Shown here one piece after another: positions 7,737 through 17,768 of a DNA stretch of 44,163 bases. The notes beneath the pieces were generated by a model. It saw only the letters and a list, made by a program, of their open reading frames with translations, had not been told where the DNA came from and ran no database searches. A program made the translations under genes and the position numbers. Position 1 is the stretch's first letter; every line of letters starts with the position of its first letter. This DNA comes from a virus, in IMG/VR virus record IMGVR_UViG_3300019886_000002. The stretch is one strand, 5' to 3'.

Positions 7737-7917
7737 GGAGCTTCTTTAGGGCCCCAGTTAATTCGCCCTGTGTTTGTATAACAACCGCACCTAGCTCTTG
7801 GGCATGTGCCGCCACGGCCTTGGCAACCTCACCATTGGAGATCGCCATTGTTCTGTAGTACCATGCAGCCCCAAAACCGACAAGGGTAAGAATGCCCGTA
7901 ACCACCAATGGCCACAT
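7555..7917 (-). CDS. i-spanin-like protein
   Basis: N-terminal TM segment MWPLVVTGILTLVGFGAAWYY followed by an Ala/charge-rich helical region. Sits between the holin-like gene and the o-spanin. Confidence 0.6.
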   Translation of the reverse strand: MWPLVVTGILTLVGFGAAWYYRTMAISNGEVAKAVAAHAQELGAVVIQTQGELTGALKKLHDLDADEAASDNAQAAKVDSAESAANFLRESTRPGSYSACSVPLTRRAKRTTVVTGFGRG

Positions 7918-8078
7918 TATTTCACACGTTTCCGGCGTTCAAGTTTGGCAATTCTGACCCCATGTGTTGCCTGGATTGCCACAACGTTTTTAAGAATCTC
8001 ACCCTGCCGACGATACAGTACCAAAGCAATTCCGCCCAACCCGATATCAGCAAGGGTCTGAATTGTGCTCCACTCCAT
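7917..8078 (-). CDS. holin-like small membrane protein (53 aa)
   Basis: MEWSTIQTLADIGLGGIALVLYRR... has one TM segment and a basic C-terminus. TAATG coupling to the i-spanin. Starts 6 nt after the upstream stop. Below the ORF-track cutoff when taken from this Met. Confidence 0.5.
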   Translation of the reverse strand: MEWSTIQTLADIGLGGIALVLYRRQGEILKNVVAIQATHGVRIAKLERRKRVK

Positions 8079-8083
8079 GGGTT

Positions 8084-8509
8084 CTAGTGGATATCGTCCA
8101 CGCGCGCGAATGCACGAATGGTTGCCGCTCCAGAGGTGTGAGTGTACTTGATGCGCCACCATTCCGGGATAACAATAATACTGGCGGTTGGGCCAAGCAC
8201 GGTAATGGCTGCGGCACCAGCATAGGCCAGTGCGCCCGAGACGATGACGGGGGTGGCAACTGTAAACCAATCAGCATCGGTAGTAAGCTCAGGACAAGGT
8301 TCAAACGTGCCCTGCAGAGAAAATGTACCCGTAATGCCTGCAGTAACATTTAACTCAATAGTTAGACCACCATAGGCTTCACCGGCATATAGTGGATTTG
8401 AATAGCTGGTGGCACTAAGCGCAGGAAAGGTATCAGACGTGTCATCCTTATCCATGCCTGGCCAGATTCGGATGCTGCGAGCGTTGCGTTGACGAGGAAT
8501 ACGAGCCAT
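8084..8509 (-). CDS. hypothetical virion-module protein
   Basis: 141-aa ORF that follows the large ejection-type proteins. Confidence 0.55.
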   Translation of the reverse strand: MARIPRQRNARSIRIWPGMDKDDTSDTFPALSATSYSNPLYAGEAYGGLTIELNVTAGITGTFSLQGTFEPCPELTTDADWFTVATPVIVSGALAYAGAAAITVLGPTASIIVIPEWWRIKYTHTSGAATIRAFARVDDIH

Positions 8510-8517
8510 AAGATCTC

Positions 8518-11430
8518 CTAGTGAGGAATAACGAGAAGTTGAACAGGGGTTGGTTGCGTGCCAGATTTAAGGGCCGCGGCACCTTGTGCGGCTTGCTGTT
8601 TTTGGGCAGCTTGATTGCGTGCTGCCTCGTAAGGCTCTTGCATGCGCAACACAAATTGTGGGTCAGCCTCAGGAACAATGGGTGCGTCCAGAAGCTTTGA
8701 TAGCGCCAGTTGGGTCCGCTGAGGGGAATCCATTACTTCATCCTGGTGATCCATGACGTACTGTCGAAGCTCAGACAACCACTCGGGATGCTGCTCCTGC
8801 ATGGCTTCTTTCACAGATTCTGGCATTACACCGGCTTTAAGATATTGGAAGATCAGATCGTGGTTGTGTGTAACTGCTTCATAGGCATGCCAATCATCCA
8901 TAGCACCAGGGCCTGGTTTCATAGTCTTTTGGAAGGCACTGATACTGGTGTTGATTGGCAGGTGATTAGCCAGGTTCTGCAGACGTGAAAATGCGGAATC
9001 CACTGCGCTAGCATGCGCGATTGGGTCGATACCTTTGATATCCACCATATTTTCGCCAATATGCCGCTTAACAAAATCCGGCGCTTGAACCACGGCACGA
9101 AGTTGTTTGGCTTTGGTTTCATAGTCTGTGGTTGGCTCCTCGCCAGGCATATAAGTTGTGCTTACGCTTCGCATGACACCAGCCATGGTAAAAGCCCTGC
9201 GACCCGTGGGAGACAGCACCTTGGCCATGCCCACAATAGCAGCCCTGTGAGCCCGTCCAGCAATGGCCGTCAATCCAGCGGCACCCTGCAATGCTGCGCC
9301 CGCTACAGTCCTGATAGCACCTGAACCAAATCGACCAGCCATGCTGTAACCTACACCACCAATCGATGACACAACGCCGTGCTTTAGGGCAGCGGCAAGC
9401 ACATCTGACTTGGCAGCCCGAGCCTTGGGTGCAAACTTACCAAGGGCTTCGGACATGCGATGTAACGACCACAGATCGGCAAGCTTCTGTGATACTGGCC
9501 CAGACATTTTTTGCATGTTCATCCCAAGCTTGCGTGCCAGCTCTCTACCTTCCGCCGTACCAAGCTTTCCACCTGTGGCCTGGGTAAGTTGGTCAATAGC
9601 AGACTGGATCTGTCCACCAAGCTCCGTTGGACGCATGGGATGTGGAACCTCGGCAGCGCCGGATAGAATACGCTTGGCTCGGAACGCCCCAGCCATCTCT
9701 GGATAGTGTGCTTCTAGATCCGCTAGCGAAGTTGGAAGGCCTGGCTTTGGTTGTGCACCAGGGGCTTCACCGAGCGGGCCAGCAGGCTCACCAACAGGCT
9801 TGCGAATATCCGCCGTAGCCCGAGACACCGGCTCAGCCCGCATACCTGGAATTTCACGGGTGTTATTCGACACCGGTTCCTCAACCTTACGAACCTTTCC
9901 ACCACCGGTCTTGGCTTCTGGTGGTGCAGAGGTTTCTGCCTCATGGGTACCCGCCTCGCGAGTTGGTGCTGCTTCAGGGCCTGCATGCGCAGAGGCTTCC
10001 TGCTCCTCATAGCGCTTAATGAACGCGTTTACCTCGTCTGCAGGTGTGCCATTTTGGATCATCTGCTCAATGCGTTGGAACGGATGATCAGAAGCCGCCA
10101 TGGGCTCCTCTGCCAAGTCACCCACAATGTCGCCTAGATGAGCGTGATCGATCGTACTGGGCCGCATAGCATCGTCCAGTGCCGAAATCTTAGTACCAAA
10201 TGTATCAAAGGCTGAGTACAGCTTCTCAACCTCCTTTGCCTTGCCATTGGCTGCCAGATCTGCAATACGTGCCGCCACACCAGCAGGATCTTCAGTACCC
10301 GCCACCGTATGAAGCTTCTTGGCAGCGGTATTGGCTTCTTGGAGTGCAGCAGACCGCGCCGATAGCCATTCTTCGCCAGGCATCGAAGCATCCAGCATCC
10401 CGGAGTCAACCAGGTCTGATAGGGCCTTCATGCGCTTGGTGTTCATAGCCAGCGACTCGTGCCAGGCATTGGAGACCTGTCCGATAGCCCCCTGGATAGC
10501 CGTAGCATTCTCTTCAAACCGTGCTGCTGCAGCAACCTCTTCCCGACCTGAAACCACCTTCTCGGCCGCTTTGCCAATGGCGCCTCCGACCAGCCCTAGG
10601 CTCGTACCCAACAGAGCACCCAGCCCGACATCGTCTACAATGCTCGACCCGCTTACAGGATGCCCTTGGACAGCTTGGGAGACAGCATGGGCACTAGAGA
10701 GCACCCCCGCAGCAGCAGCCCCGCCTAGGCCCTCTGACGCAGCCGTGGAGAGTATGCCCCCACCCAGCCTGGCCTTGGCAGCACCGGATACGCCCGAGAA
10801 AACCTCGTTGGCTACCCCCAGCGGAGAAGCCTTGATAATGGCACTCTCTGGGGCCACGAAGGTTGCCGCAAGTGCTGCAATTTCACCAAGGTCTTTATAG
10901 CCCGAGTTTACCTGACCACGGAGGGCTCGTGCCTCTTCCTGGAGTTTGGTCCCGGGTCCCGCTAATGGTACGCCATCAACGATACCGCCAGAAAACGTGC
11001 CTACCACACCATCAGCAAAGGCCAGCGCTTTATCGCCTGCGTTGTCAAAGGAGTCAAGTTGTGCCTGCTTACGTGCAGCAAGACTTCGCTGTGCCCCAGA
11101 CTCAGTACGTACTGCCCCACCAGCAAGTGCTGCAGCAGCCTGGCTAGGCGACATGGCCCCCTCACCACCAATGCCTGCCTTCACCGTAACAGCAGAGCCG
11201 GCATACTCCTTGTAGGCCCCGCTAGCTAGAGCACCAGGAACGCGGTCAAGCGTCATCCATTCTGGTTGCTGTGTTTGCAGGTTCCAAAGCGGTGTTCCTT
11301 GTGGTTCCTCCGCGGCAACGGATGAAACGGCCTGTGGGTCAGGCGGAGTAGTGGTAGCAGGATCTGGCATACATTCTTTCGATAGGGTCTTGACAGTTTC
11401 CGTAAGAGACTTAAATTGGGTGAGGGCCAC
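8518..11430 (-). CDS. large internal virion / ejection-type protein
   Basis: About 970-1004 aa with Gly/Ala-rich hydrophobic stretches. Its position matches T7 gp15/16-type genes. Start uncertain: GTG 11430 has AGGA 6 nt upstream; alternatives are ATG 11370 or GTG 11532. Confidence 0.6.
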   Translation of the reverse strand: MALTQFKSLTETVKTLSKECMPDPATTTPPDPQAVSSVAAEEPQGTPLWNLQTQQPEWMTLDRVPGALASGAYKEYAGSAVTVKAGIGGEGAMSPSQAAAALAGGAVRTESGAQRSLAARKQAQLDSFDNAGDKALAFADGVVGTFSGGIVDGVPLAGPGTKLQEEARALRGQVNSGYKDLGEIAALAATFVAPESAIIKASPLGVANEVFSGVSGAAKARLGGGILSTAASEGLGGAAAAGVLSSAHAVSQAVQGHPVSGSSIVDDVGLGALLGTSLGLVGGAIGKAAEKVVSGREEVAAAARFEENATAIQGAIGQVSNAWHESLAMNTKRMKALSDLVDSGMLDASMPGEEWLSARSAALQEANTAAKKLHTVAGTEDPAGVAARIADLAANGKAKEVEKLYSAFDTFGTKISALDDAMRPSTIDHAHLGDIVGDLAEEPMAASDHPFQRIEQMIQNGTPADEVNAFIKRYEEQEASAHAGPEAAPTREAGTHEAETSAPPEAKTGGGKVRKVEEPVSNNTREIPGMRAEPVSRATADIRKPVGEPAGPLGEAPGAQPKPGLPTSLADLEAHYPEMAGAFRAKRILSGAAEVPHPMRPTELGGQIQSAIDQLTQATGGKLGTAEGRELARKLGMNMQKMSGPVSQKLADLWSLHRMSEALGKFAPKARAAKSDVLAAALKHGVVSSIGGVGYSMAGRFGSGAIRTVAGAALQGAAGLTAIAGRAHRAAIVGMAKVLSPTGRRAFTMAGVMRSVSTTYMPGEEPTTDYETKAKQLRAVVQAPDFVKRHIGENMVDIKGIDPIAHASAVDSAFSRLQNLANHLPINTSISAFQKTMKPGPGAMDDWHAYEAVTHNHDLIFQYLKAGVMPESVKEAMQEQHPEWLSELRQYVMDHQDEVMDSPQRTQLALSKLLDAPIVPEADPQFVLRMQEPYEAARNQAAQKQQAAQGAAALKSGTQPTPVQLLVIPH

Positions 11431-11465
11431 CCCGAGTCCTGGTAGGGTTTGCCTACTTAGGACTG

Positions 11466-13694
11466 TTACTCGGGTGGAAGCCCTGCATTCGCTCTCATCT
11501 CGTTCACTGTGGCTTTGTTGGCTTGAAGCCACTTAGCAAAGCCGGGTGGGTTCTTTTCCTCAAGATCAGGGAAGATATTCCCCTTGTTGCGTTCAAACTC
11601 TTGAACTAGCTGGGTATTAATGTCCTGCTCCTTGTCGATGGCAGACTTAATAGCCGCATGGGCCTCAAGCTCGATCTCGGCTTTGGCTTCTGATCCAAGG
11701 CCCTTTTTAGCGAGATAGATCTTTGACAAACGTATGATTTCCTCAGACCCCTGCTTGGCAAAGTCAGATGTGGCGGAGTTTACTGCCTTTTCATCCTTGT
11801 CACCAAGTACAGGCAACCCGCCAGGTGCGCCACGTGGGGATTCCTTGGCTGCTTCATACGCTTTGAAATCATAGGGGTTGGCCTTGTTCTTGATAAATGA
11901 GGTAGCCGGAGTTGCAGTTGGAAGGGGAGCATTAGGGTTTTCTCCACCCCCCGCTACACGAGCCTCGGCCTGTGTCTCGGTTTCACCACCTTCATCTGGG
12001 GCCTGGACATGTGTGCCCTGTGGATTGAACTGGATGTTGAACTTCTGTTTGTCTGCCTCATTAACATAAGGCAATAGGTTGTTCGTAGTCTCCGTACTGA
12101 TGTTACGAAGGTTCTGATCGATCGCGTCTTTAATGCCCTGCTTTAGTGGGCCAACGTTCTTTTCAGACGCCATCCCTACCTTAAACGCACTCTGCTGGCC
12201 AGTGATATCAAAACCAAATTGACTTTGAATGTAGCGCTGGGCCTCTTCGGGCGTAACTGCGCTACCGGAGATCTTTTTCAGTTCTCCTACGGCGTAGCTC
12301 ATGATCTTCTGTTTGAAGGTCGGTGTACCACCCCGCACCAGGTCAACAGGACTCATCGTATTGATGTCCTTACGAACCTCGTTTAGCATGGTGGCTTTGG
12401 CATTGGCGCCCGATAACAGATTCTTGGCGTCGATCTCTTCCTTGGAACCGGGCTTTGTATTAAGACGGATAGACCCGTGAACAGGGTTATTGTTCTTGTC
12501 TGTTAGTGATAAGCCTAGACCAGTATCAGTAGCAATCTCAGAAACACCCTGAGATTTCTTTTCAAGTCCAATTCGGTTAGCATCTTCTTGCTGCTTCAAT
12601 GCAGACTTTAGGCGCTCAAGATGTTCTTGGAAAGACTCCTTTTTACGGTCTTCCGCTGCCTTGACAGACTGGTCTTGCACAACCATCTGGTTCTTGAGTA
12701 GTTCTTTATTGATAGTGTCACGAGCCTGTAGCAATCCCACAGCCTTGGCTGCAGGTAGCCCCATCTCTGCAATCTTAGCATCCAGGGCCTTGCCATACGC
12801 GCCCAGACGAAGATTGACAGCGGCGTATTTGGCTTCTACACCCTTGAGATCCGTGGTGTACATCTCCTGGTTAACGATACGGCCCTCGTCCAAGCCCTTA
12901 CGCACATTTTCGATATTGGACTTTTGTGCGTTGATATCGTTCTCGGCAAGTTGGTTGAGCGCTTTAGCCACCCCTTCAACCTGTGCCCCACCTTGCATAC
13001 CAGCACCAATGAAGGCCAACGACCACATACCCTTGGATAGGTTGCTGCGGTCATTAAACGCGTGATTAGGGTCCACCACCATCGCGATGGCCTTGTCGTT
13101 GCGTTGCTGCCAGTCCTTGTAGCGTTGCTGTGCCGCCTGCTCTATGCGATCTTCGTCGTGTTGCTGTGCGTTGGCAGCCTGAATGGTAAGGCCTGCCATT
13201 TTGATGGAGTTTTGATTCTTCTCATGCTGCATGTCGAATGTAGCATCAGAAAGAGCCTTGGCGGTTTCCATCTCATGAAGAGACTGCCCACCCGCTGCAG
13301 CCGCAAGATCTGAACCTGTATCTATCGTACCACCTGCAGCAGAATAGTCAGCCAGGTCATTGCGCTCTGCTGCTAGCTTGGCTTGTCGACCCTGTTCTGA
13401 GGCACGTGCAATCTGAACAGCCGGGGGTGCGGGGATGATCTTGCCTAGGTTAATGTCTGGGGGTTGGCCGGGACCCGACGGTGGTAGTGAGGGGCCTGGC
13501 TCTGCGGAACTTGGCAGAACTGAGGGTGTAGGTTGTGGTGCAGGCATACCTGGAATAGGTAGCCCTGCCATACCCGGCACACTACCCTCGGGCGTAGCTG
13601 GGCCCTGGTCTGCTGGAGCACCACCCATAGGCATGTAGTACTTATTGCCGTCTTCGTCAACGACGGTATTTTGATCAAGTTGAGTAAATCCCAC
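11466..13694 (-). CDS. internal virion / ejection-type protein
   Basis: 742 aa with a Pro-rich N-terminal region and long coiled-coil-like stretches. GTG start with AAGG upstream. Confidence 0.6.
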   Translation of the reverse strand: MGFTQLDQNTVVDEDGNKYYMPMGGAPADQGPATPEGSVPGMAGLPIPGMPAPQPTPSVLPSSAEPGPSLPPSGPGQPPDINLGKIIPAPPAVQIARASEQGRQAKLAAERNDLADYSAAGGTIDTGSDLAAAAGGQSLHEMETAKALSDATFDMQHEKNQNSIKMAGLTIQAANAQQHDEDRIEQAAQQRYKDWQQRNDKAIAMVVDPNHAFNDRSNLSKGMWSLAFIGAGMQGGAQVEGVAKALNQLAENDINAQKSNIENVRKGLDEGRIVNQEMYTTDLKGVEAKYAAVNLRLGAYGKALDAKIAEMGLPAAKAVGLLQARDTINKELLKNQMVVQDQSVKAAEDRKKESFQEHLERLKSALKQQEDANRIGLEKKSQGVSEIATDTGLGLSLTDKNNNPVHGSIRLNTKPGSKEEIDAKNLLSGANAKATMLNEVRKDINTMSPVDLVRGGTPTFKQKIMSYAVGELKKISGSAVTPEEAQRYIQSQFGFDITGQQSAFKVGMASEKNVGPLKQGIKDAIDQNLRNISTETTNNLLPYVNEADKQKFNIQFNPQGTHVQAPDEGGETETQAEARVAGGGENPNAPLPTATPATSFIKNKANPYDFKAYEAAKESPRGAPGGLPVLGDKDEKAVNSATSDFAKQGSEEIIRLSKIYLAKKGLGSEAKAEIELEAHAAIKSAIDKEQDINTQLVQEFERNKGNIFPDLEEKNPPGFAKWLQANKATVNEMRANAGLPPE

Positions 13695-13702
13695 GGTACA
13701 CC

Positions 13703-14311
13703 TTAAAGGGCAGCGCCGGCTTGACCAATACCTTGGAGTAGCCCACCGAGCTGATCCATGTTGGTCTTTTGGCCCATTTGCGTTTTGGTAAGTCCAAGTT
13801 GCTGTGCTAGCATATCAAGCCAAGCCTGTTGATTTGCGTGGCCGTATTGGAAGTTTTGGTTAGACGCAGCGTTTAGCACACCACCAAGACCTTGCTGTGC
13901 TGCCGTCTCTTCACCGGTACGCGCTGATGCTAGCCCCTGTGCCATGCCCTGTCCAATATTCCCCATGTTCTGGGCTGCCTGGCGCCCTGCCCCAGCCGAG
14001 GCACCACCAACCGACATAGCCATTTGCTGTGCCATGTTATTCTGTGACGCGGCATTATAGGCATTCTGTGCCACGCTTGGACCACGACCTGCAGCCTGAT
14101 CTTGTAGCTGTTTGATAAGGCTACCAAAGTCACCTTGATAGGGGTTACCTTGCATATATGGCGAACCACCTGCCATCTGATTCTGTAGCATCTGGCGATC
14201 TTGGTCTGGGTGTGCGCCCGGATGGCCTGTTAGCCAATTCCAAAAGTCAACCGTGTCACCAGGACCAGTATCGCCACGTCCACCACCAGCAGGATCGAAT
14301 AAGCCGCCCAT
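13703..14311 (-). CDS. Gln/Gly/Ala/Met/Asn-rich low-complexity virion-module protein
   Basis: 202-aa ORF placed directly after the nozzle-like gene. Confidence 0.6.
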   Translation of the reverse strand: MGGLFDPAGGGRGDTGPGDTVDFWNWLTGHPGAHPDQDRQMLQNQMAGGSPYMQGNPYQGDFGSLIKQLQDQAAGRGPSVAQNAYNAASQNNMAQQMAMSVGGASAGAGRQAAQNMGNIGQGMAQGLASARTGEETAAQQGLGGVLNAASNQNFQYGHANQQAWLDMLAQQLGLTKTQMGQKTNMDQLGGLLQGIGQAGAAL

Positions 14312-14312
14312 G

Positions 14313-17300
14313 TTATTGCCTAAAGTTAATTGGGGCTTGACGGTTCAAAGGCAATACGTTAATTCTCAATGCCGACCAGGCCCCAGTGGCTGGAGTAGCA
14401 GTGAGAGTAACTTGAAGTTGAGAACACTTCTGGTTTGGCAGCCGCCATTCAGGAGCGTAACGATCACTAGGCCAGGTTTGTGTACCTAGCGCGGTAGAGG
14501 TAAGATTAAACGGCCGAGACGTATATGTAATCAGCTGATCTTGTGTAACAGACATGGTTAGTGTGTGTGTTGCCAGCTCACCCAGGACGGTAAGGCCCTT
14601 AATACGTGCCCAGCCCAGCCCAGATTCCCCATCAGCATATAGATGGTCAGTAACCACAGTCATAGCGTATGCTACCGGGCCGGACCCAGTGTCATCAAAG
14701 CCGGGTGCCGCGTCATAGGACCCAGGACCAGTAGAAGAAACAGCCCATAAAACACCAGCTGCTTCACAGACTGACAGCGGCCCATTGCCGTTGGGTGGCG
14801 TCCATACGTTCCACTTATTGGTGCGCATGTCCAACAGCACAATTTCACTAATATTTGGAACACATGCAATCAGCAGTTGTCGTTCAGGAATAAATGTAAG
14901 ATCGGCTGGACTAGCGATAAATCGTGTTTCTGCCTGCAAGGAAATCTGCGTAAGCCCAAGCCCGCGATCCAGTAGCCAGAGTCCGCCTTCGGATACATCT
15001 CCCCCGGCATTGGTATTGCTGGCATGGAAGACTACGCCTTTGTCTGTTGCAACAGCGCTCCGAGGTCCAGCACACCCTAAGTCAGAAACCCGTACTGGAT
15101 ATAGGAAATCGTTCCCTGCCCCAGTGTCGTCAGGACCGTCACCCTGGGTAATGAAAATACCGCGCTCACACAGAATGACAAGCTTGTCATCCAGGGCTTC
15201 AAGAGCAATCACACGGCCAGCAGTGACAGGCATCGTAACCTGCAGCTGACCAGTGTCGTTCCAGGCCGGTGCAGCCTTGGTACCGCGTAGAAGCTTAGAT
15301 GAGTAGCAGAATACACCATCAGACAACCAGATGCGGCGACCCACAGTGGCACAGCCGCCGTCTGCCTGAACTGGTGCGTTAGCAAACACTACCCCAGCCA
15401 CGGTGTATAGCACTTCTCCCGTAGTAATTGTGAAGGCCGTGCCGCCCAAGGCCGCAGATGTTGCAGCATTACCAGGGGCTTGTGTGGACGTTACCATAAG
15501 GTATTTGACAGAGTTTGCGGTTGGATTGGTATCTGTCATGTAGACCTCAATCATAACCTCACCCTGTAAACGCTCGGTAAGCTGGCAGTTTAGGACCGTC
15601 CAGTCTACGGCTTGATGGGTGCCATCTGTAGTTACGGTAATAGGCAGGCTGGGGCCAGATCGGTGTATTTGTCCAGCGGAATCTGTCCACTTCCACAGGG
15701 CTTGAAATGTATAAGAACCATTGGAAAAGAAGCCAGCAGACAACCTTGGGGAAGCGTAAATTTCTGGGGAACCAAGGAATGGAAAACCAACCTCAGTACA
15801 ATGGCCACGTGCTAGCATGTGAGGCACGGATCCACCAATGACGGTCTCTTCTCCGGCCTGTGCAACCTGTGGTGCCATGACCGAGACCCTGTTAAGGCCC
15901 CAGGACGGGTTTTCACCACCAAGAGCATCGAAGGTCTGGAAGTCCACCGTTGGGAAGCGCCAGGCCAGGGCACCAGTCTCTAGTATTGCCGCCTGGGGCG
16001 TGTAAGCAAACGTGGAGCCATTTAGTGGTCCGCGGGCCAAAATACCAGCGTAGGTCAAGCCGCCGTTTTGTGGCTGTGCGATAACATAGTCTGTAAGGTC
16101 GATATCGTACCAGGTATGGCCGTTGTATCCGCCACCAGTACCGGGCGCAGATCCCGCCATGAGGCCCAGGATGGCACGGCCTGAGTTGGTTAGTACGGGC
16201 TGGTGCGTAATACCCCAATTGAGTGCTGGAGAATTGTTACCCAGGTAGTGTGCAATAGTAGTAATCACACCAGCGGTAGTGTAGTAGCCTACAACCACAT
16301 CTTGGGGATCACCAGCGCCACCTGGAGAACCATTAGTAAAGGTGGCATATGCAACCCAAGCCGCGGTACCTGCAAGAATGGCCTGCCCACAAACTACGGG
16401 GCCTGCCGGGAACTTTCCTGCAACGGAATCGAATTGTGCATCAACAGCCTGGTCGACCAGAGCACCTGCGCTTAAGGTGCGGCACTTCACACCTTTGACT
16501 GCGGCTTGTGTAACTGTGACAATAACCTTGTTGGCACTGGTGTTAGACGTAACCCAAATGCCGTTTAGGCCAGTTAGTGTGCCAGACGTGTAAGTTGTAA
16601 GAATGGTACCATTGCTTGGATCTACCCGCAAAACCTTGAAGGAGTTGCCCGCAATAAGAATATATGCAACGTACAAAACCGTAGCGCCAGAATCAGAACA
16701 ACAGACAGGGACATCACCACGACCCGTGGGAGAAAAGCAATCCGAGGCTAGTGTGCCATAGGCATTGATGGCGAAATCATCATCCTTACGAACCTGCAAT
16801 TGAAGAAAATTGTTGGCCTGGCCGTCGTTGCCAATTACACAGTGAAAGTTTGACCCGCCAACAGAAGCAATCGCGCCATTACCAAAGACAGTCTGCCCTG
16901 GTAGGTACATCTCAATGGAAGGATTGGTAATTCCAAGAATGGGACTCTTGCCTAGGCCACCAATAACCGGCCCAATTGGTGCGAATGTGTCACAAGTCCC
17001 TGTGCGGTTGGTAGCCACTGAGGTTGGATAGCCCAACAGTTCAATTAGGCGGTCTACTCGTGCAGCGCCACACCACAAATGGTCAGTAAATCTTGAACTA
17101 GCCGCAGAAAGCCCAAGCTCCCATACAAAGACTCTTCCATCCATTACGATCCCTGGTCGCTCACCAGAAGAATCCCGGTAACGAAACATGGCTCGTGGGG
17201 TGTAGTTGCCCTTGGAGAACATGGTACCCGCGCCTTGGTCCACAGGGTTGGATGCTAGTTGGCGCAGACCAAACTTGTTGCGGTCGGTGTGTCCTGGCCT

Positions 17301-17432
17301 ACCACGAACCTCACCCAGTCTCGAAAAATCTACGTTGGACGCGTACGTCATGCCTGTTCCAACCAACGGCGTCTTGTTGTCATCAAGGCCGTCAGTCAGC
17401 GGAAGCGTGATATTCTTGAAACGAGTAGACAT
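14313..17432 (-). CDS. tail tubular protein B / nozzle-like protein
   Basis: 1039 aa. Size and position downstream of capsid and adaptor fit this call. The N-terminus TDGLDD...NVDFSRLGEVRGRPG resembles the N-terminal pattern of T7 gp12-type proteins. Confidence 0.5.
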   Translation of the reverse strand: MSTRFKNITLPLTDGLDDNKTPLVGTGMTYASNVDFSRLGEVRGRPGHTDRNKFGLRQLASNPVDQGAGTMFSKGNYTPRAMFRYRDSSGERPGIVMDGRVFVWELGLSAASSRFTDHLWCGAARVDRLIELLGYPTSVATNRTGTCDTFAPIGPVIGGLGKSPILGITNPSIEMYLPGQTVFGNGAIASVGGSNFHCVIGNDGQANNFLQLQVRKDDDFAINAYGTLASDCFSPTGRGDVPVCCSDSGATVLYVAYILIAGNSFKVLRVDPSNGTILTTYTSGTLTGLNGIWVTSNTSANKVIVTVTQAAVKGVKCRTLSAGALVDQAVDAQFDSVAGKFPAGPVVCGQAILAGTAAWVAYATFTNGSPGGAGDPQDVVVGYYTTAGVITTIAHYLGNNSPALNWGITHQPVLTNSGRAILGLMAGSAPGTGGGYNGHTWYDIDLTDYVIAQPQNGGLTYAGILARGPLNGSTFAYTPQAAILETGALAWRFPTVDFQTFDALGGENPSWGLNRVSVMAPQVAQAGEETVIGGSVPHMLARGHCTEVGFPFLGSPEIYASPRLSAGFFSNGSYTFQALWKWTDSAGQIHRSGPSLPITVTTDGTHQAVDWTVLNCQLTERLQGEVMIEVYMTDTNPTANSVKYLMVTSTQAPGNAATSAALGGTAFTITTGEVLYTVAGVVFANAPVQADGGCATVGRRIWLSDGVFCYSSKLLRGTKAAPAWNDTGQLQVTMPVTAGRVIALEALDDKLVILCERGIFITQGDGPDDTGAGNDFLYPVRVSDLGCAGPRSAVATDKGVVFHASNTNAGGDVSEGGLWLLDRGLGLTQISLQAETRFIASPADLTFIPERQLLIACVPNISEIVLLDMRTNKWNVWTPPNGNGPLSVCEAAGVLWAVSSTGPGSYDAAPGFDDTGSGPVAYAMTVVTDHLYADGESGLGWARIKGLTVLGELATHTLTMSVTQDQLITYTSRPFNLTSTALGTQTWPSDRYAPEWRLPNQKCSQLQVTLTATPATGAWSALRINVLPLNRQAPINFRQ

Positions 17433-17438
17433 AGTGTC

Positions 17439-17768
17439 CTAATAGAAAATAGCGCGTTGCGTTACAGATTCAGACGCATTAAGTATCCAGAACTTTCCAT
17501 CTGCGGAAAGCCCTTTGTCATAAACGACACTGGCGCTTTTGGTCAATGTGACAGTCCTGCCACGCGGCCTTGGAAACGGTGGTACAATTTGATTATCACC
17601 GGGGGACAAATCATACTCGATCTCTTTGCCCCACACACCTGGCCAAAGCTCCATGAAAAAGCGTAGGGCCTGCTCAAAATTACGATTGATGGCCGAGTCT
17701 AGGATGTGGCCAAACAGAATCCGTTTGCCAGCAGACTTAACCACGCGCTGTGGTGCCTGGAATGCCAT
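17439..17768 (-). CDS. hypothetical virion-module protein
   Basis: 109-aa ORF tightly packed between the adaptor-like and nozzle-like genes. Confidence 0.55.
   Translation of the reverse strand: MAFQAPQRVVKSAGKRILFGHILDSAINRNFEQALRFFMELWPGVWGKEIEYDLSPGDNQIVPPFPRPRGRTVTLTKSASVVYDKGLSADGKFWILNASESVTQRAIFY

Noticed and set aside
8047-8349. ORFs 8047-8349(-) and the upstream part of 7917-8270(-), overlapping 8084-8509
   Set aside because: They are His/Cys/Arg/Trp-rich off-frame translations of the 141-aa gene. Only the last 53 codons of 7917-8270, from Met 8078, form a plausible holin-like gene.
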